The notes: generated by a model not told the origin, from the sequence alone. A DNA stretch of 64,000 bases from Eubacteriales bacterium (GCA_045653945.1 JAZOML010000016.1:12344-76343); one strand, 5' to 3'. Positions 1 to 9,295 are shown, counted from the stretch's first letter. Numbers and translations are program-made.

Positions 1-663
1 AGACTCCTCGACTACGTAGACGGTAAGCTTGCGGACCTCCAAGGGCACACACATAGTGATTTTTGCCACCAAAACCACTCTCACGACCATAATCAGCACG
101 ACCACACGCATAGCACTGACGACGGACATAATCACACAGCCGACGAGCATATCTGGACCTCTCCAAAAAACGCAATTAAATCAGCCGAAATAATTGCGAG
201 TATTTGCGCCGAAAAAGACGAAAATAACGCACACGTATACATCGAAAACGCAAAAAACTACACCGACGCCCTCGCCGTTTTAGATAGCGAATACACCTTG
301 GCATTTGAAAGCTCTCCTCATAAAACCCTCGTTTTTGCAGACCGTTTTCCCTTCGTTTACCTCACAAACGACTATGGTTCTTGCTACTTTGCGGCATTTA
401 GCGGCTGCACAAGTGAAATCAGCGCAAGCTTTGATACTGTGGTAAGACTCAGCGATGCGGTAACGCATAGCGGCGTAAAATATCTCATCGTAACCGAAGG
501 CTCCGACACTCAACTTGCAAAAAGCATTTCGGGTGCAAACAACTGCCAAATACTCACCCTTAACTCAATGCAGGCGGTATCCCTTACCGAAATCAGGGAC
601 GGAATAACCTATCTTGACACAATGAAGGCTAATCTGAACGTACTAAAAACCGCACTTGCATAA
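1..663 (+). CDS. znuA: Metal (probably Zn) ABC transporter substrate-binding protein, 5' end outside the window
   Basis: Frame 1 is open from base 1 to TAA 663. It encodes a His-rich loop (GHTHSDFCHQNHSHDHNQHDHTHSTDDGHNH), the DEHIWTSP motif and VFADRFPFVYL. Lies upstream of the ATPase and permease. Confidence 0.85.
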   Translation, partial: RLLDYVDGKLADLQGHTHSDFCHQNHSHDHNQHDHTHSTDDGHNHTADEHIWTSPKNAIKSAEIIASICAEKDENNAHVYIENAKNYTDALAVLDSEYTLAFESSPHKTLVFADRFPFVYLTNDYGSCYFAAFSGCTSEISASFDTVVRLSDAVTHSGVKYLIVTEGSDTQLAKSISGANNCQILTLNSMQAVSLTEIRDGITYLDTMKANLNVLKTALA

Positions 664-735
664 CCAATTCAAGGCACACGTAAACGCAAAAATTAAATTT
701 AAAGACTAAAATTCACATAAAAAAGGACACCGAAA

Positions 736-1644
736 ATGGCACTTTTAAAAACCGAAAACCTTGCCCTCGGCTATAACGGAAAAACAATTGTTGAAGATAT
801 AAATATTGAAGTTAACCGAGGTGATTTTCTTTGTATAGTCGGAGAAAACGGCTCAGGCAAATCAACACTGATGAAAACCCTGCTCGGCTTAAAGACCGCG
901 CATAGCGGCACTGTTTCCTACCTTGAAGGGCTGAAAAAAACCGAAATAGGCTACCTTCCCCAACAGACACTTGCGCAGAGAGATTTTCCCGCCTCAGTTT
1001 ATGAGGTGGTACTGTCAGGCTGCCTGAATAAGACGGGACGTCTGCCGTTTTTCAGAGGGGGACACAAAAACCTCGCAAGGCAAAATATGGAAAAATTAGG
1101 CATAAGCGACCTTGCACACCGTTGCTACCGTGAGCTTTCAGGCGGTCAGCAGCAACGAGCGCTTCTTGCTCGTGCGCTTTGCGCCTCAAGTGAGCTTCTT
1201 TTACTCGACGAGCCGGTATCGGGACTCGACCCGATAGTAACAAACGAGCTTTACGGCGTAATAGAAAAGCTCAATAAGGACGGACTTACCGTTATAATGA
1301 TTTCTCACGATATCTCGGCGGCGGTAAATTACGCAACACATATACTTCACCTTGCAAACACACCGCTTTTTTACGGCAAAACCGAGGACTACCTCACAAG
1401 CGACGTCGGACGGGCACTCCAAGCCCCGACCTGCTGTACCTGTATCCCACTGCTCAGTCCTCTTATGACGGTTGCAAGAGCCAGCACTCCTAAGCCCCCG
1501 CAACCACGCAAAAGAGCCTCAAAAACCAATTCAATCGCACCCACAGTTAACCAAATGGGACAAAATACCGTTCCAAGAGTCGCACGAAACAGTGCGGGAA
1601 TAATTCCGCCGAGCGACACCGATGCAGACGGGGAGGACAACTAA
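736..1644 (+). CDS. znuC: Metal ABC transporter ATP-binding protein with ~74-aa C-terminal extension
   Basis: Walker A GENGSGKS, signature LSGGQQQR, Walker B LLLLDEP, H-loop ISHD. Confidence 0.9.
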   Translation: MALLKTENLALGYNGKTIVEDINIEVNRGDFLCIVGENGSGKSTLMKTLLGLKTAHSGTVSYLEGLKKTEIGYLPQQTLAQRDFPASVYEVVLSGCLNKTGRLPFFRGGHKNLARQNMEKLGISDLAHRCYRELSGGQQQRALLARALCASSELLLLDEPVSGLDPIVTNELYGVIEKLNKDGLTVIMISHDISAAVNYATHILHLANTPLFYGKTEDYLTSDVGRALQAPTCCTCIPLLSPLMTVARASTPKPPQPRKRASKTNSIAPTVNQMGQNTVPRVARNSAGIIPPSDTDADGEDN

Positions 1645-1645
1645 A

Positions 1646-2485
1646 ATGCTTGAAAATCTCATAATTTACTATAAAACCTTCCCCGTAGTCCGATACGCTA
1701 CGGTGGTAATAATTCTCGTTTCGCTCTGCTCGGCGCTGCTCGGAGTGAGCTTGGTCCTCAAACGCTTTTCAATGATAGGCGACGGACTTTCTCACGCCGC
1801 CTTCGGCGCAACCGCAATAGCAACGGCAGTAGGACTCACACCGTTCTATATTGCGCTCCCCGTAACCGTTTTATCGGCGGTCTTATTGCTCCGAGTCAAA
1901 AGCAATAAAGTTGTAGGCGATGCCGCGATAGCTATGATTTCGGCAGGCGCACTCGCCGTCGGATACCTTGCCCTGAGCCTTTTCCCCGAAAACGCTTCAA
2001 GCATAGCAGGCGATGCTTGCACTACCCTTTTCGGCTCTCAAAGTATTATATCCACCAACCTTAGCGACGTTATAATTTGCTCCGTCCTTGCACTTGTAGT
2101 CATCTTATTTATGCTGTTTTTCTACCACAAGATATTTGCGGTAACCTTTGATGAGAGCTTTGCGCAGGCGACAGGCACAAAGACGGGACTTTACAATACC
2201 CTGCTTGCGGTAGTAACGGGAATTGTCATCGTTATTTCAATGAAAATGGTAGGCGCTCTGCTCATCTCCGCTCTCATCACCTTTCCCGCGCTTTCGGCTA
2301 TGCGTGTGTTCAAAACCTTCAAAAAGGTAATGATATGCGCCGCTATCATTTCGGTTGCGTGTGCTATAATCGGACTCCTATTTTCTATAACCGTGTCCAC
2401 CCCGATTGGCCCCACCGTTGCGGTAGCAAACATCATAGTTTTCGGCGTATTTTTTGCCGTTGGCAAAATAAAAGCCATCAACTGA
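1646..2485 (+). CDS. znuB: Metal ABC transporter permease (ABC-3 family)
   Basis: SMIGDGLSHAAFG and FAVTFDESFA motifs; hydrophobic helices. ATG 1646 has GGGAGG upstream, so preferred over 1622. Confidence 0.9.
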   Translation: MLENLIIYYKTFPVVRYATVVIILVSLCSALLGVSLVLKRFSMIGDGLSHAAFGATAIATAVGLTPFYIALPVTVLSAVLLLRVKSNKVVGDAAIAMISAGALAVGYLALSLFPENASSIAGDACTTLFGSQSIISTNLSDVIICSVLALVVILFMLFFYHKIFAVTFDESFAQATGTKTGLYNTLLAVVTGIVIVISMKMVGALLISALITFPALSAMRVFKTFKKVMICAAIISVACAIIGLLFSITVSTPIGPTVAVANIIVFGVFFAVGKIKAIN

Positions 2486-2494
2486 ATTTCCAAT

Positions 2495-2526
2495 AAAAAA
2501 GACCGAGCAATGCTCGGTCTTTTTTT
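2495..2526. terminator. Bidirectional intrinsic terminator
   Basis: A6-GACCGAGC-aat-GCTCGGTC-T7 between convergent genes. Confidence 0.85.
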
Positions 2527-3364
2527 ATATTTTGAGATACCCTTTTTTTCGATATTCACTTGGAGATATACCGCTCATTTTCTTAAAAAACAGCGACATA
2601 CCCGAAACAGAGGGAAAGCGTAGACGCTCCGCAATTTTATCAAATGCCATACCCGACGCAATAAAATCACAAAGCCGTTCATACCTTTTACCTTTGATAA
2701 ACAAAGCAGGAGTTTTACCTGTATTTTGTAAATAAACCCTTGATAAATGCTCACGTGTTACCCCAAGCTCCGATGCAACGCTTGAAACGGTGGGGTTTTC
2801 CTCCACGTGCAAGGTTACGTAACGTACAAAATCCTCCACAAGCGAAACGCTCTCCCTTTCATAGCTGCAAATAAGCGAAATAAGACGTGGAAAAGCGGAT
2901 ATTCTTCCCTGCTCGTTGCGGATAGCCTCCCGACAAAGGGTAGTCAAATCATAAGCATCAACCTCATAAATACTTCGATACTCACAAAGCTCTCCCACAA
3001 CCTCACGCACACCCGCACCGTCAAAGCATAAAACTATAAACTCCCACGGCTCATCGGCACACTCGGGATACCCGTAGCCACAATCAGCTGCATTGATTAT
3101 GTTAAAAAAGCCCTGACCGGCACTGACAGTATACCTCTGACCGTTATAAATTACCTCGCCCTTACCCGCTAAGGTAAAATGAAAAATACAATGCTCCTCA
3201 TCACGCCTGTCCTCGCCCCTTGAAGAGTAGGAAACGTCAGAGGCAGTCTGATGAAAAATCTCAAAAATCCTTTGAATACTGTGCGGAGTGCTTTCAACCT
3301 CAAAATAAGAATACGGTGGTATCTTGGCGGCGGAAAACATCACATTTTTGCTATCCATTATCAC
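2525..3364 (-). CDS. AraC-family transcriptional regulator
   Basis: N-terminal cupin-like ligand domain (IFHFTLAGKGEV) and C-terminal double HTH (VASELGVTREHLSR; FPSVSGMSLFFKKMSGISPSEYRK). Confidence 0.85.
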   Translation of the reverse strand: MIMDSKNVMFSAAKIPPYSYFEVESTPHSIQRIFEIFHQTASDVSYSSRGEDRRDEEHCIFHFTLAGKGEVIYNGQRYTVSAGQGFFNIINAADCGYGYPECADEPWEFIVLCFDGAGVREVVGELCEYRSIYEVDAYDLTTLCREAIRNEQGRISAFPRLISLICSYERESVSLVEDFVRYVTLHVEENPTVSSVASELGVTREHLSRVYLQNTGKTPALFIKGKRYERLCDFIASGMAFDKIAERLRFPSVSGMSLFFKKMSGISPSEYRKKGYLKI

Positions 3365-3420
3365 ATTTTGCTCCTTTCACCTTAGTAAAATCCAATGTAT
3401 AATTAAATTATGATAATTCA

Positions 3421-3450
3421 ATTATATCACAAAATAACACTGTATGTCAA
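3421..3450 (-). promoter_or_regulatory. Sigma-A-type promoter for the AraC gene
   Basis: Minus strand TTGACA-18 nt-TATAAT with TG extended -10. Confidence 0.6.
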
Positions 3451-3462
3451 GGACTTAATCTT

Positions 3463-3996
3463 ATGTACGAAATTATAGCACAGCTGATAGGATACCTCGG
3501 AGCGGCATTTTTAATAATGTCGTTTCAAATAAAAAACGAAAAGAAATTCTTCCTTTGCCAATGTGTAGGCAGCGGACTTTTCCTTATTAACTACCTTATG
3601 CTGACGGCTTGGACGGGTGTGCTTATCAGTATAATGAGCGTAACCCGCTCGGCACTCGCGCCCTACGTATCGGGCAAAAAACGGTACGTTTTAATACCTC
3701 TTGTCCTCTTTATTCCAATACTTGCAGGCTTTTTTATCTATCAGGGTATTCAAACAATCCTTATGATAGTGGCATACTGCGTCTTTACCGTTGCAATGTT
3801 TACAAAGAACAGTAAGCTTATCAGAGTAACTCAGCTTACCGTAGCCTCGCCGCTTCAACTTGCACATAATATCATCGTTTCCTCGCAGGGCGGTATTCTT
3901 TGCGAAAGCTTCAATATCATATCAATTATAGTATCATTTTTCAGAATCGGATTTAAAAATTTTCAAAAAGCAGGAGAAAGTAATAATGAAAAGTAA
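3463..3996 (+). CDS. YgjV-family inner membrane protein
   Basis: 177 aa multi-pass; AQLIGYLGAAFLIMSFQ.K start and xxTG helix pattern typical of Imp-YgjV. Confidence 0.7.
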   Translation: MYEIIAQLIGYLGAAFLIMSFQIKNEKKFFLCQCVGSGLFLINYLMLTAWTGVLISIMSVTRSALAPYVSGKKRYVLIPLVLFIPILAGFFIYQGIQTILMIVAYCVFTVAMFTKNSKLIRVTQLTVASPLQLAHNIIVSSQGGILCESFNIISIIVSFFRIGFKNFQKAGESNNEK

Positions 3997-5731
3997 CGTA
4001 AAAGAGGTTTTGATTGTTTTTAAAACGCACCTTGATATCGGCTTTGGCGATATGGGTGAAGCAGTCGTTAAAAATTACCTTGAACACTTTATACCGAACG
4101 CTATCAAAAGAGGCTATGAGCTTGAAAACACCGACACGCCGTTTATATGGACAGTCGGCTCGTGGCTTATAAATGAGGCACTCAAAAGAGATACGGACGG
4201 CTCGGTGGCAAAGGCAATCGAGAACGGCATAATAAAATGGCACGCACTTCCCTTTACCCCATTTTGCGAGGCTATGGGAAAAACACTATTTGAATACGGA
4301 CTTTCCGTTTCACAAGAGCTTGATAACCGCTTCGGCAAAAAAACACTTGCCGCAAAAACCTCGGACGTCCCCGGACACACCGTAGCTATCGTTCCCTTGC
4401 TCGCCAAGGCAGGTGTTGAGCTGATGCATATCGGTACAAACGGCGTTTACCTGCCACCAAAAGAGCTTCCCGAAATCTTCCGCTGGAAAAACGGAGATAG
4501 CGAAATCACAGTTATCTACCAAAGACACTATGGAAACACCCTTGAAATCGGCGACACAGTGGTAACTTGGGGCTTTACGGGTGATAACCTCGGACCGCAA
4601 AGCACAGAGGAAATAAAAGAGCTTTACAAAAGACTCCGAGCCGAATACCCTAACGCAACGGTTAAGGCGGCAACACTCGATGAGGTTGCAATAACCCTAC
4701 GAAAGTTCCAATCGGAGTTACCCGTATATGAAAACGAAATAGGCGACCTATGGATACAAAACGTCGGCACTGACCCCAAAAAAGTGGGAATTTATCGCGA
4801 TATGCTCCGTTACATCGACAAAAACGGAATAAATGCAGACTTAACCGACAGCCTGCTTATCGTTCCCGAGCACACTTGGGGCGGAGATACAAAGTCGTTT
4901 TACCCTGAATATTCAAGATACACAGTCGCCGAAATGCAAACAAACGAAAATGATCCGTACCGTAAACGCTTTGAGGCAAGCTGGCAGGAAAAAAGAGATT
5001 ACCTTACCAAAGTCGAGAAGGCACTTGGCGTCAAATTCCCATACAACGTTGAAATTCCAAGCCTTGAAGGCTTCACCGAAATTTCACCAAGCGAGCCCGA
5101 CTTTGAAATAAGCTGGCAGCTCTTTGACCAAAATGATTACCGTAGATTTTTTGATAGAGTTGTCGCACACGACCACGGTGCGGACTGGTGGTCTATGCTC
5201 GATAACTACAAATACGGTATGCCAAAATATAAGGGCGATATCTATACGGCGACAGTTAAAAAAGCATACAATAACGGCAAAACAACCATATATGAGCTTG
5301 CCTTTGCTCCTGATATTGCATCTCTTCACGGACTTCCCTATATTTACGCCATAGCTAATAGCGATGCTCTTGAAATACGCACCTTCGGACAAAAGGCAAA
5401 CCGCCTGCCAAACGCATTTTGGCTTAAATTCAAGGGACAAACCGAAAAGAATTGGCAAATTTATAAGCTTGGTCAGTGGATAAATGCCGAGGGTGTTATC
5501 GCCTCTCCCCTGCTCCACGCAACCGATTACGGTGTACAAAACGGTGAGGTTGAAATCCAGTGCCTTGACAGTATGCTCGTCGCTCCATACGGAAGACGCC
5601 TGCTTGATAACGAAGCAAATCCGCAGACGCAGGATATGTACTTCAACCTCTACAATAACGTCTGGGGCTGTAACCACCCTATGTGGTATAGCGATGACAG
5701 CCGCTTCCGCTTTAAAATAACTAAAATATAA
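3986..5731 (+). CDS. DUF5054-family protein (GH38-like N-terminal metal motif, putative glycoside hydrolase)
   Basis: VFKTHLDIGF, FIWTVGSWLI and EHTWG motifs; C-terminal FNLYNNVWGCNHPMWY. Overlaps the YgjV stop. Confidence 0.75.
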   Translation: MKSNVKEVLIVFKTHLDIGFGDMGEAVVKNYLEHFIPNAIKRGYELENTDTPFIWTVGSWLINEALKRDTDGSVAKAIENGIIKWHALPFTPFCEAMGKTLFEYGLSVSQELDNRFGKKTLAAKTSDVPGHTVAIVPLLAKAGVELMHIGTNGVYLPPKELPEIFRWKNGDSEITVIYQRHYGNTLEIGDTVVTWGFTGDNLGPQSTEEIKELYKRLRAEYPNATVKAATLDEVAITLRKFQSELPVYENEIGDLWIQNVGTDPKKVGIYRDMLRYIDKNGINADLTDSLLIVPEHTWGGDTKSFYPEYSRYTVAEMQTNENDPYRKRFEASWQEKRDYLTKVEKALGVKFPYNVEIPSLEGFTEISPSEPDFEISWQLFDQNDYRRFFDRVVAHDHGADWWSMLDNYKYGMPKYKGDIYTATVKKAYNNGKTTIYELAFAPDIASLHGLPYIYAIANSDALEIRTFGQKANRLPNAFWLKFKGQTEKNWQIYKLGQWINAEGVIASPLLHATDYGVQNGEVEIQCLDSMLVAPYGRRLLDNEANPQTQDMYFNLYNNVWGCNHPMWYSDDSRFRFKITKI

Positions 5732-5745
5732 ATTAAAATTATCAC

Positions 5746-5775
5746 AAAAAGTCGGGAATCATTCCCGACTTTTTT
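5746..5775 (+). terminator. Intrinsic terminator
   Basis: A5-GTCGGGAAT-c-ATTCCCGAC-T6. Confidence 0.8.
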
Positions 5776-5804
5776 CACACTTTAAAGCCTCACTGCATAT
5801 CATA
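5776..5804 (+). promoter_or_regulatory. Putative sigma-K (mother-cell) promoter
   Basis: CACA-16 nt-CATATCATA matches the B. subtilis sigma-K consensus (AC..., CATA---TA) and lies directly upstream of the sleC-like operon. Confidence 0.55.
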
Positions 5805-5836
5805 GGAAATAACGCCAAGCGAAAGGATTTTTGCCT

Positions 5837-6214
5837 ATGAACGAAAGTGGATACATCACATTAGCCGTCAGAACGGCTGGCGGAGCTTTGCCCGTTGAAA
5901 ACGCCGTTATCACAGTAAAGGACAGCGGCGGTAAAATTTTATACGTCGTTTTCACCGACAAAAGCGGACGCACTCCGTCCCTTATCGTCCCCGCACCCCC
6001 AAAAGCCAATTCTTCAAGCCCGAATACGGGCGAGCCACCCTTTTACACCTACAATATCGACACCGATAAGGAAGGGTACGTCAGTGTACGAAATCTATCT
6101 GTTCCCGTATATCCGGGCATAACCTCAATTCAACCCGTAGAGCTGCTGCCCATAGCCGAAGGTCAAGGTGGAAATCCCGTAACCTTTAACGAAAGCGGCT
6201 CACCAAATCTTTAA
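5837..6214 (+). CDS. Stand-alone SleC N-terminal (prealbumin/carboxypeptidase-regulatory-like) domain protein
   Basis: GYITLAVRTAGGALPVENAVITV, TDKSGRTPSLIVPAP and VYPGITSIQPVEL resemble the N-terminal region of clostridial cortex-lytic proteins. GAAAGGA upstream. Confidence 0.65.
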   Translation: MNESGYITLAVRTAGGALPVENAVITVKDSGGKILYVVFTDKSGRTPSLIVPAPPKANSSSPNTGEPPFYTYNIDTDKEGYVSVRNLSVPVYPGITSIQPVELLPIAEGQGGNPVTFNESGSPNL

Positions 6215-6229
6215 AAAGGGGGAAAAGCT

Positions 6230-7624
6230 ATGAATAATGCACCGCTTCCCGTAATCCCCGAAACGGTTACAGTGCACCTCGGACGCCCCGAGGCTGCCGC
6301 GCGGAACGTAACCGTACCCTTTATCGACTATATAAAAAACGTAGCGTCAAGCGAAATTTACCCCACTTGGCCCGAAAACGCTCTCCGAGCCAATATTTAT
6401 GCGCAAATCTCATTTGTTCTTAATCGAATTTACACGGAATACTACCCCTCTCGCGGATATGATTTTGACATAACGAACTCCACCGCCTTTGACCAATTTT
6501 TCGTACCCGAGCGTGATATTTTTGAAAATATCAGTCAGATAGTAGATGAAATTTTCAATAGCTACGTTGTGCGTCAGGGCACAGTAGAGCCACTATTCAC
6601 CCAATACTGCAACGGAACAACAAGTACGTGCGAAGGTCTTTCCCAATGGGGTACAGTCCCCCTTGCCGAGCAAGGACTAACACCCTACGAAATTTTGCAA
6701 CGCTTTTACGGTAACGATATTGATATACGTATGAACGTCCCCGTTATGGAAATAGAGGAAAGCCTACCTCCCCGACCGCTTACACTCGGAAGCACAGGAA
6801 ACGACGTCAAAAGCATTCAGGTGCGCCTCAACCGAATAAGCACCAATTATCCCGCAATTCCGAAAATCCCAAATCCAAACGGCGTTTTTGACGGTGCAAC
6901 CGAAAATGCGGTAAGAGAATTTCAAAGAATTTTCAATCTCACTCAGGACGGAATTGTCGGAAAATCAACGTGGTATAAAATTCAGCTTATATATAACGGC
7001 GTAAAGCGTATAAGCGAGCTTGACTCTGAAGGACTCACCATCGAGGAAATCTCACGCCAATACCCAACCGAGCTTGGTATAGGCGATACAGGTGATGGAG
7101 TGCGTGTGGTACAGTATCTGCTCCGCTACGTCGCCACCTTTGACAACCGTATTCCTGTAATCGAGGTTGACGGCATATACGGTCAGCGTACCGAAAACGC
7201 CACGAGAGCCTTCCAAGAGCTTTACGGACTGCAAGCTACGGGACAAATGAACGAGGAAACCTACTCCTTGCTATACGATACCTACCGAGGCTATATCAAT
7301 TCTTTACCGAACTCGCAATTTATCGGTACTGCACGTCCATATCCGGGATTTACAATCACCGAGGGGCAATCAAACGAATACGTTACCGCCCTGCAAACCT
7401 ACCTTAATTTAATCTCACGCACCTATCCCGAAATTCCCGAAATTTCGATAGACGGTGTATTTGGACCTGCTACACGAAACGCAGTTATTGCCTATCAAAG
7501 CCGCTTTGGCTTAACCCCCGACGGCATTGTGGGACTGAGAACTTGGGAGAGCATAGGCAACCTGTACAGCGACCTTTCGAAAGGAGAAACGGTAACCGAT
7601 ACCCAGCATATCGGCAACCGCTAA
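6230..7624 (+). CDS. sleC: Spore cortex-lytic enzyme SleC-like protein with three peptidoglycan-binding domains
   Basis: IPETVTVHLG, YIKNVASSEIYPTW and LSQWG catalytic-domain motifs; three PG_binding_1-like repeats (DGVF/IYG..T..AV..FQ..FGL..DG.VG..TW). Confidence 0.8.
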   Translation: MNNAPLPVIPETVTVHLGRPEAAARNVTVPFIDYIKNVASSEIYPTWPENALRANIYAQISFVLNRIYTEYYPSRGYDFDITNSTAFDQFFVPERDIFENISQIVDEIFNSYVVRQGTVEPLFTQYCNGTTSTCEGLSQWGTVPLAEQGLTPYEILQRFYGNDIDIRMNVPVMEIEESLPPRPLTLGSTGNDVKSIQVRLNRISTNYPAIPKIPNPNGVFDGATENAVREFQRIFNLTQDGIVGKSTWYKIQLIYNGVKRISELDSEGLTIEEISRQYPTELGIGDTGDGVRVVQYLLRYVATFDNRIPVIEVDGIYGQRTENATRAFQELYGLQATGQMNEETYSLLYDTYRGYINSLPNSQFIGTARPYPGFTITEGQSNEYVTALQTYLNLISRTYPEIPEISIDGVFGPATRNAVIAYQSRFGLTPDGIVGLRTWESIGNLYSDLSKGETVTDTQHIGNR

Positions 7625-7630
7625 AAGGCT

Positions 7631-8161
7631 ATGGAAAGAAATATTTTTCATATAAATAATACGCCCGAATATATAAGAGGTGTGCAATACCGACTTCGTG
7701 TAATAGGCAAAAACGATGACCGTATTCCTGAGGTATTTATCGACGGAATTTACGAAAGTGAAACCAAAAACGCAGTACGTGTGCTTCAAAATATCAACGG
7801 ACTGCCCGAAACAGGTGAGCTTGACAAAAAAACCTTCGAGCTGATAAACACCATCTACGAGGACATTTTAATAAGAGAAACAGTTAGCGGCTTTAAGCCG
7901 AACTTCGATAGCTACGAGGGCGGTGTTATGCGTGTGGGAGATGAATTTGACGGTATATACCTGCTGCAAATTTTGCTCCGTGAGTTATCCGTTAAAGACG
8001 AGCGTTTTTTCGTTGAAATAGACGGAAAATTCAATTCCGAAACCGAAATTGCCGTAAAACTACTTCAACGCATCCTGCTTTTTGAGGAAAACGGACTTGT
8101 GGATATTCCGCTTTGGAACGCCCTTGTACGCCTAACGGAAAATACCGAGGGGTATTTATAA
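7631..8161 (+). CDS. Peptidoglycan-binding domain protein
   Basis: Two PG_binding_1-like repeats (DGIYESETKNAVRVLQ; DGKFNSETEIAVKLLQ). Confidence 0.75.
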   Translation: MERNIFHINNTPEYIRGVQYRLRVIGKNDDRIPEVFIDGIYESETKNAVRVLQNINGLPETGELDKKTFELINTIYEDILIRETVSGFKPNFDSYEGGVMRVGDEFDGIYLLQILLRELSVKDERFFVEIDGKFNSETEIAVKLLQRILLFEENGLVDIPLWNALVRLTENTEGYL

Positions 8162-8179
8162 AGCTCTGTGCATTTACTC

Positions 8180-8208
8180 TTTACTTTTTTGAAAATCTGT
8201 GCTATAAT
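8180..8208 (+). promoter_or_regulatory. Sigma-A-type promoter of the DUF4279 gene
   Basis: TTTACT-17 nt-TATAAT with TG extended -10. Confidence 0.55.
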
Positions 8209-8242
8209 CTAAATACACAGATAAAGTAAAGAGGCACACGTT

Positions 8243-8647
8243 ATGAAAACAAAAAACACCTGCAAAACCTACTTTAAAATAGTAGGAAATTTTAAGGTAA
8301 GCGATATAGTTAAAATCCTTAAAATCCCGCCGCAGAAATCGTGGAATATAGGCGATACCCGACCAAACGGCACTAAATACGATTTTGCAAATTATCAAAT
8401 TTGCCGTTGCGAAGAATATGACCCTATTGTAGCAAATATGATGCAAAAAACTATTGCGCCGCTAATGAGCAAAACCGACAAGCTAAACGAAATTCGTGAA
8501 AAATTTGACGTGCAGTTTTCCCTTGTAGTAGTACCGTCGGTCTACGCCGAAGATATAACCCCCTGCCTTTCCCCCTCAATGGAAATTATCGACTTTTGCC
8601 ACGCAACACGCACCGAAATTGATATTGATATGTACGTTTATAACTAA
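8243..8647 (+). CDS. DUF4279-family protein
   Basis: YFKIVGNF..SDIVKILKIPPQKSWNIGD start and C-terminal EIDIDMYV resemble DUF4279. Confidence 0.65.
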   Translation: MKTKNTCKTYFKIVGNFKVSDIVKILKIPPQKSWNIGDTRPNGTKYDFANYQICRCEEYDPIVANMMQKTIAPLMSKTDKLNEIREKFDVQFSLVVVPSVYAEDITPCLSPSMEIIDFCHATRTEIDIDMYVYN

Positions 8648-8650
8648 ATC

Positions 8651-8678
8651 AAAAAAGCACCCCGTAGGGTGCTTTTTT
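8651..8678. terminator. Bidirectional terminator (near-copy at 8746-8771)
   Basis: A6-GCACCC-cgta-GGGTGC-T6. Confidence 0.8.
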
Positions 8679-8722
8679 ATTTTTGTCAAGTACCATAAGC
8701 GACTTAACGTACGCTAAATAAG

Positions 8723-8746
8723 TTTCGCTGTCGGGCGTTCCCGACC
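8723..8746 (+). repeat. Family C 24-mer hairpin repeat, copy 1
   Basis: TTTCGCTGTCGGGCGTTCCCGACC, identical to 60456-60479; stem GTCGGG/CCCGAC. Confidence 0.8.
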
Positions 8747-8764
8747 ACCCCGCAGGGTGCTTTT

Positions 8765-9001
8765 TTATTTTCCTTTATTGTCGCTCGGCGGTACAAATTC
8801 AATAAGCTCCTCAATTTTACAGTCTAGAACCGTACAAAGCCTTGCAAGTACGTCAGTGTCAAGTCTGGTAATAATACCCTTGCAATAATTATTGATTTGT
8901 GTACGCTGCATCTCAGCTCTATGGCTTAACTTATTTTTGCTTATTCCTCTTTGCTTTATGAGTTCATCAAGCTTAATTTTTATCGTTCCGTATTCGTTCA
9001 T
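8765..9001 (-). CDS. XRE/Cro-C1 family HTH regulator
   Basis: 78 aa; ISKNKLSHRAEMQRTQINNYC helix-turn-helix and LCTVLDCKIEELIEF tail. Confidence 0.85.
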   Translation of the reverse strand: MNEYGTIKIKLDELIKQRGISKNKLSHRAEMQRTQINNYCKGIITRLDTDVLARLCTVLDCKIEELIEFVPPSDNKGK

Positions 9002-9024
9002 AACAATTTACCTATCTTTTAGTA

Positions 9025-9054
9025 TTGACAAATATATTATAAATGAGTTATAAT
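9025..9054 (+). promoter_or_regulatory. Consensus sigma-A promoter for the AbrB-like gene
   Basis: TTGACA-18 nt-TATAAT. Confidence 0.65.
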
Positions 9055-9118
9055 AGAAATGTAAGATGTGAAATATCTTGTCAGACTTCTTACACATATA
9101 AAAAGAAAGGTATATGAT

Positions 9119-9295
9119 ATGAAAAAAAGTATTGGAGTTACAAAAGAAATAGATAAAAATGGAAGGCTTGTTATACCCAAAGAAATGCGTGAGCTTTTCA
9201 ATTTTGAAAATACAGTCGAGCTGATTGTAACAAAAGAGGGTGTCCTTGTAAGAAACCCCGAATATATTTTAATAGAAAAGTCCCGAGTAAATTAA
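9119..9295 (+). CDS. AbrB/MazE/SpoVT-family DNA-binding protein (58 aa)
   Basis: GVTKEIDKNGRLVIPKEMRE motif. ATG 9119 has AGAAAGG upstream. Confidence 0.8.
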   Translation: MKKSIGVTKEIDKNGRLVIPKEMRELFNFENTVELIVTKEGVLVRNPEYILIEKSRVN

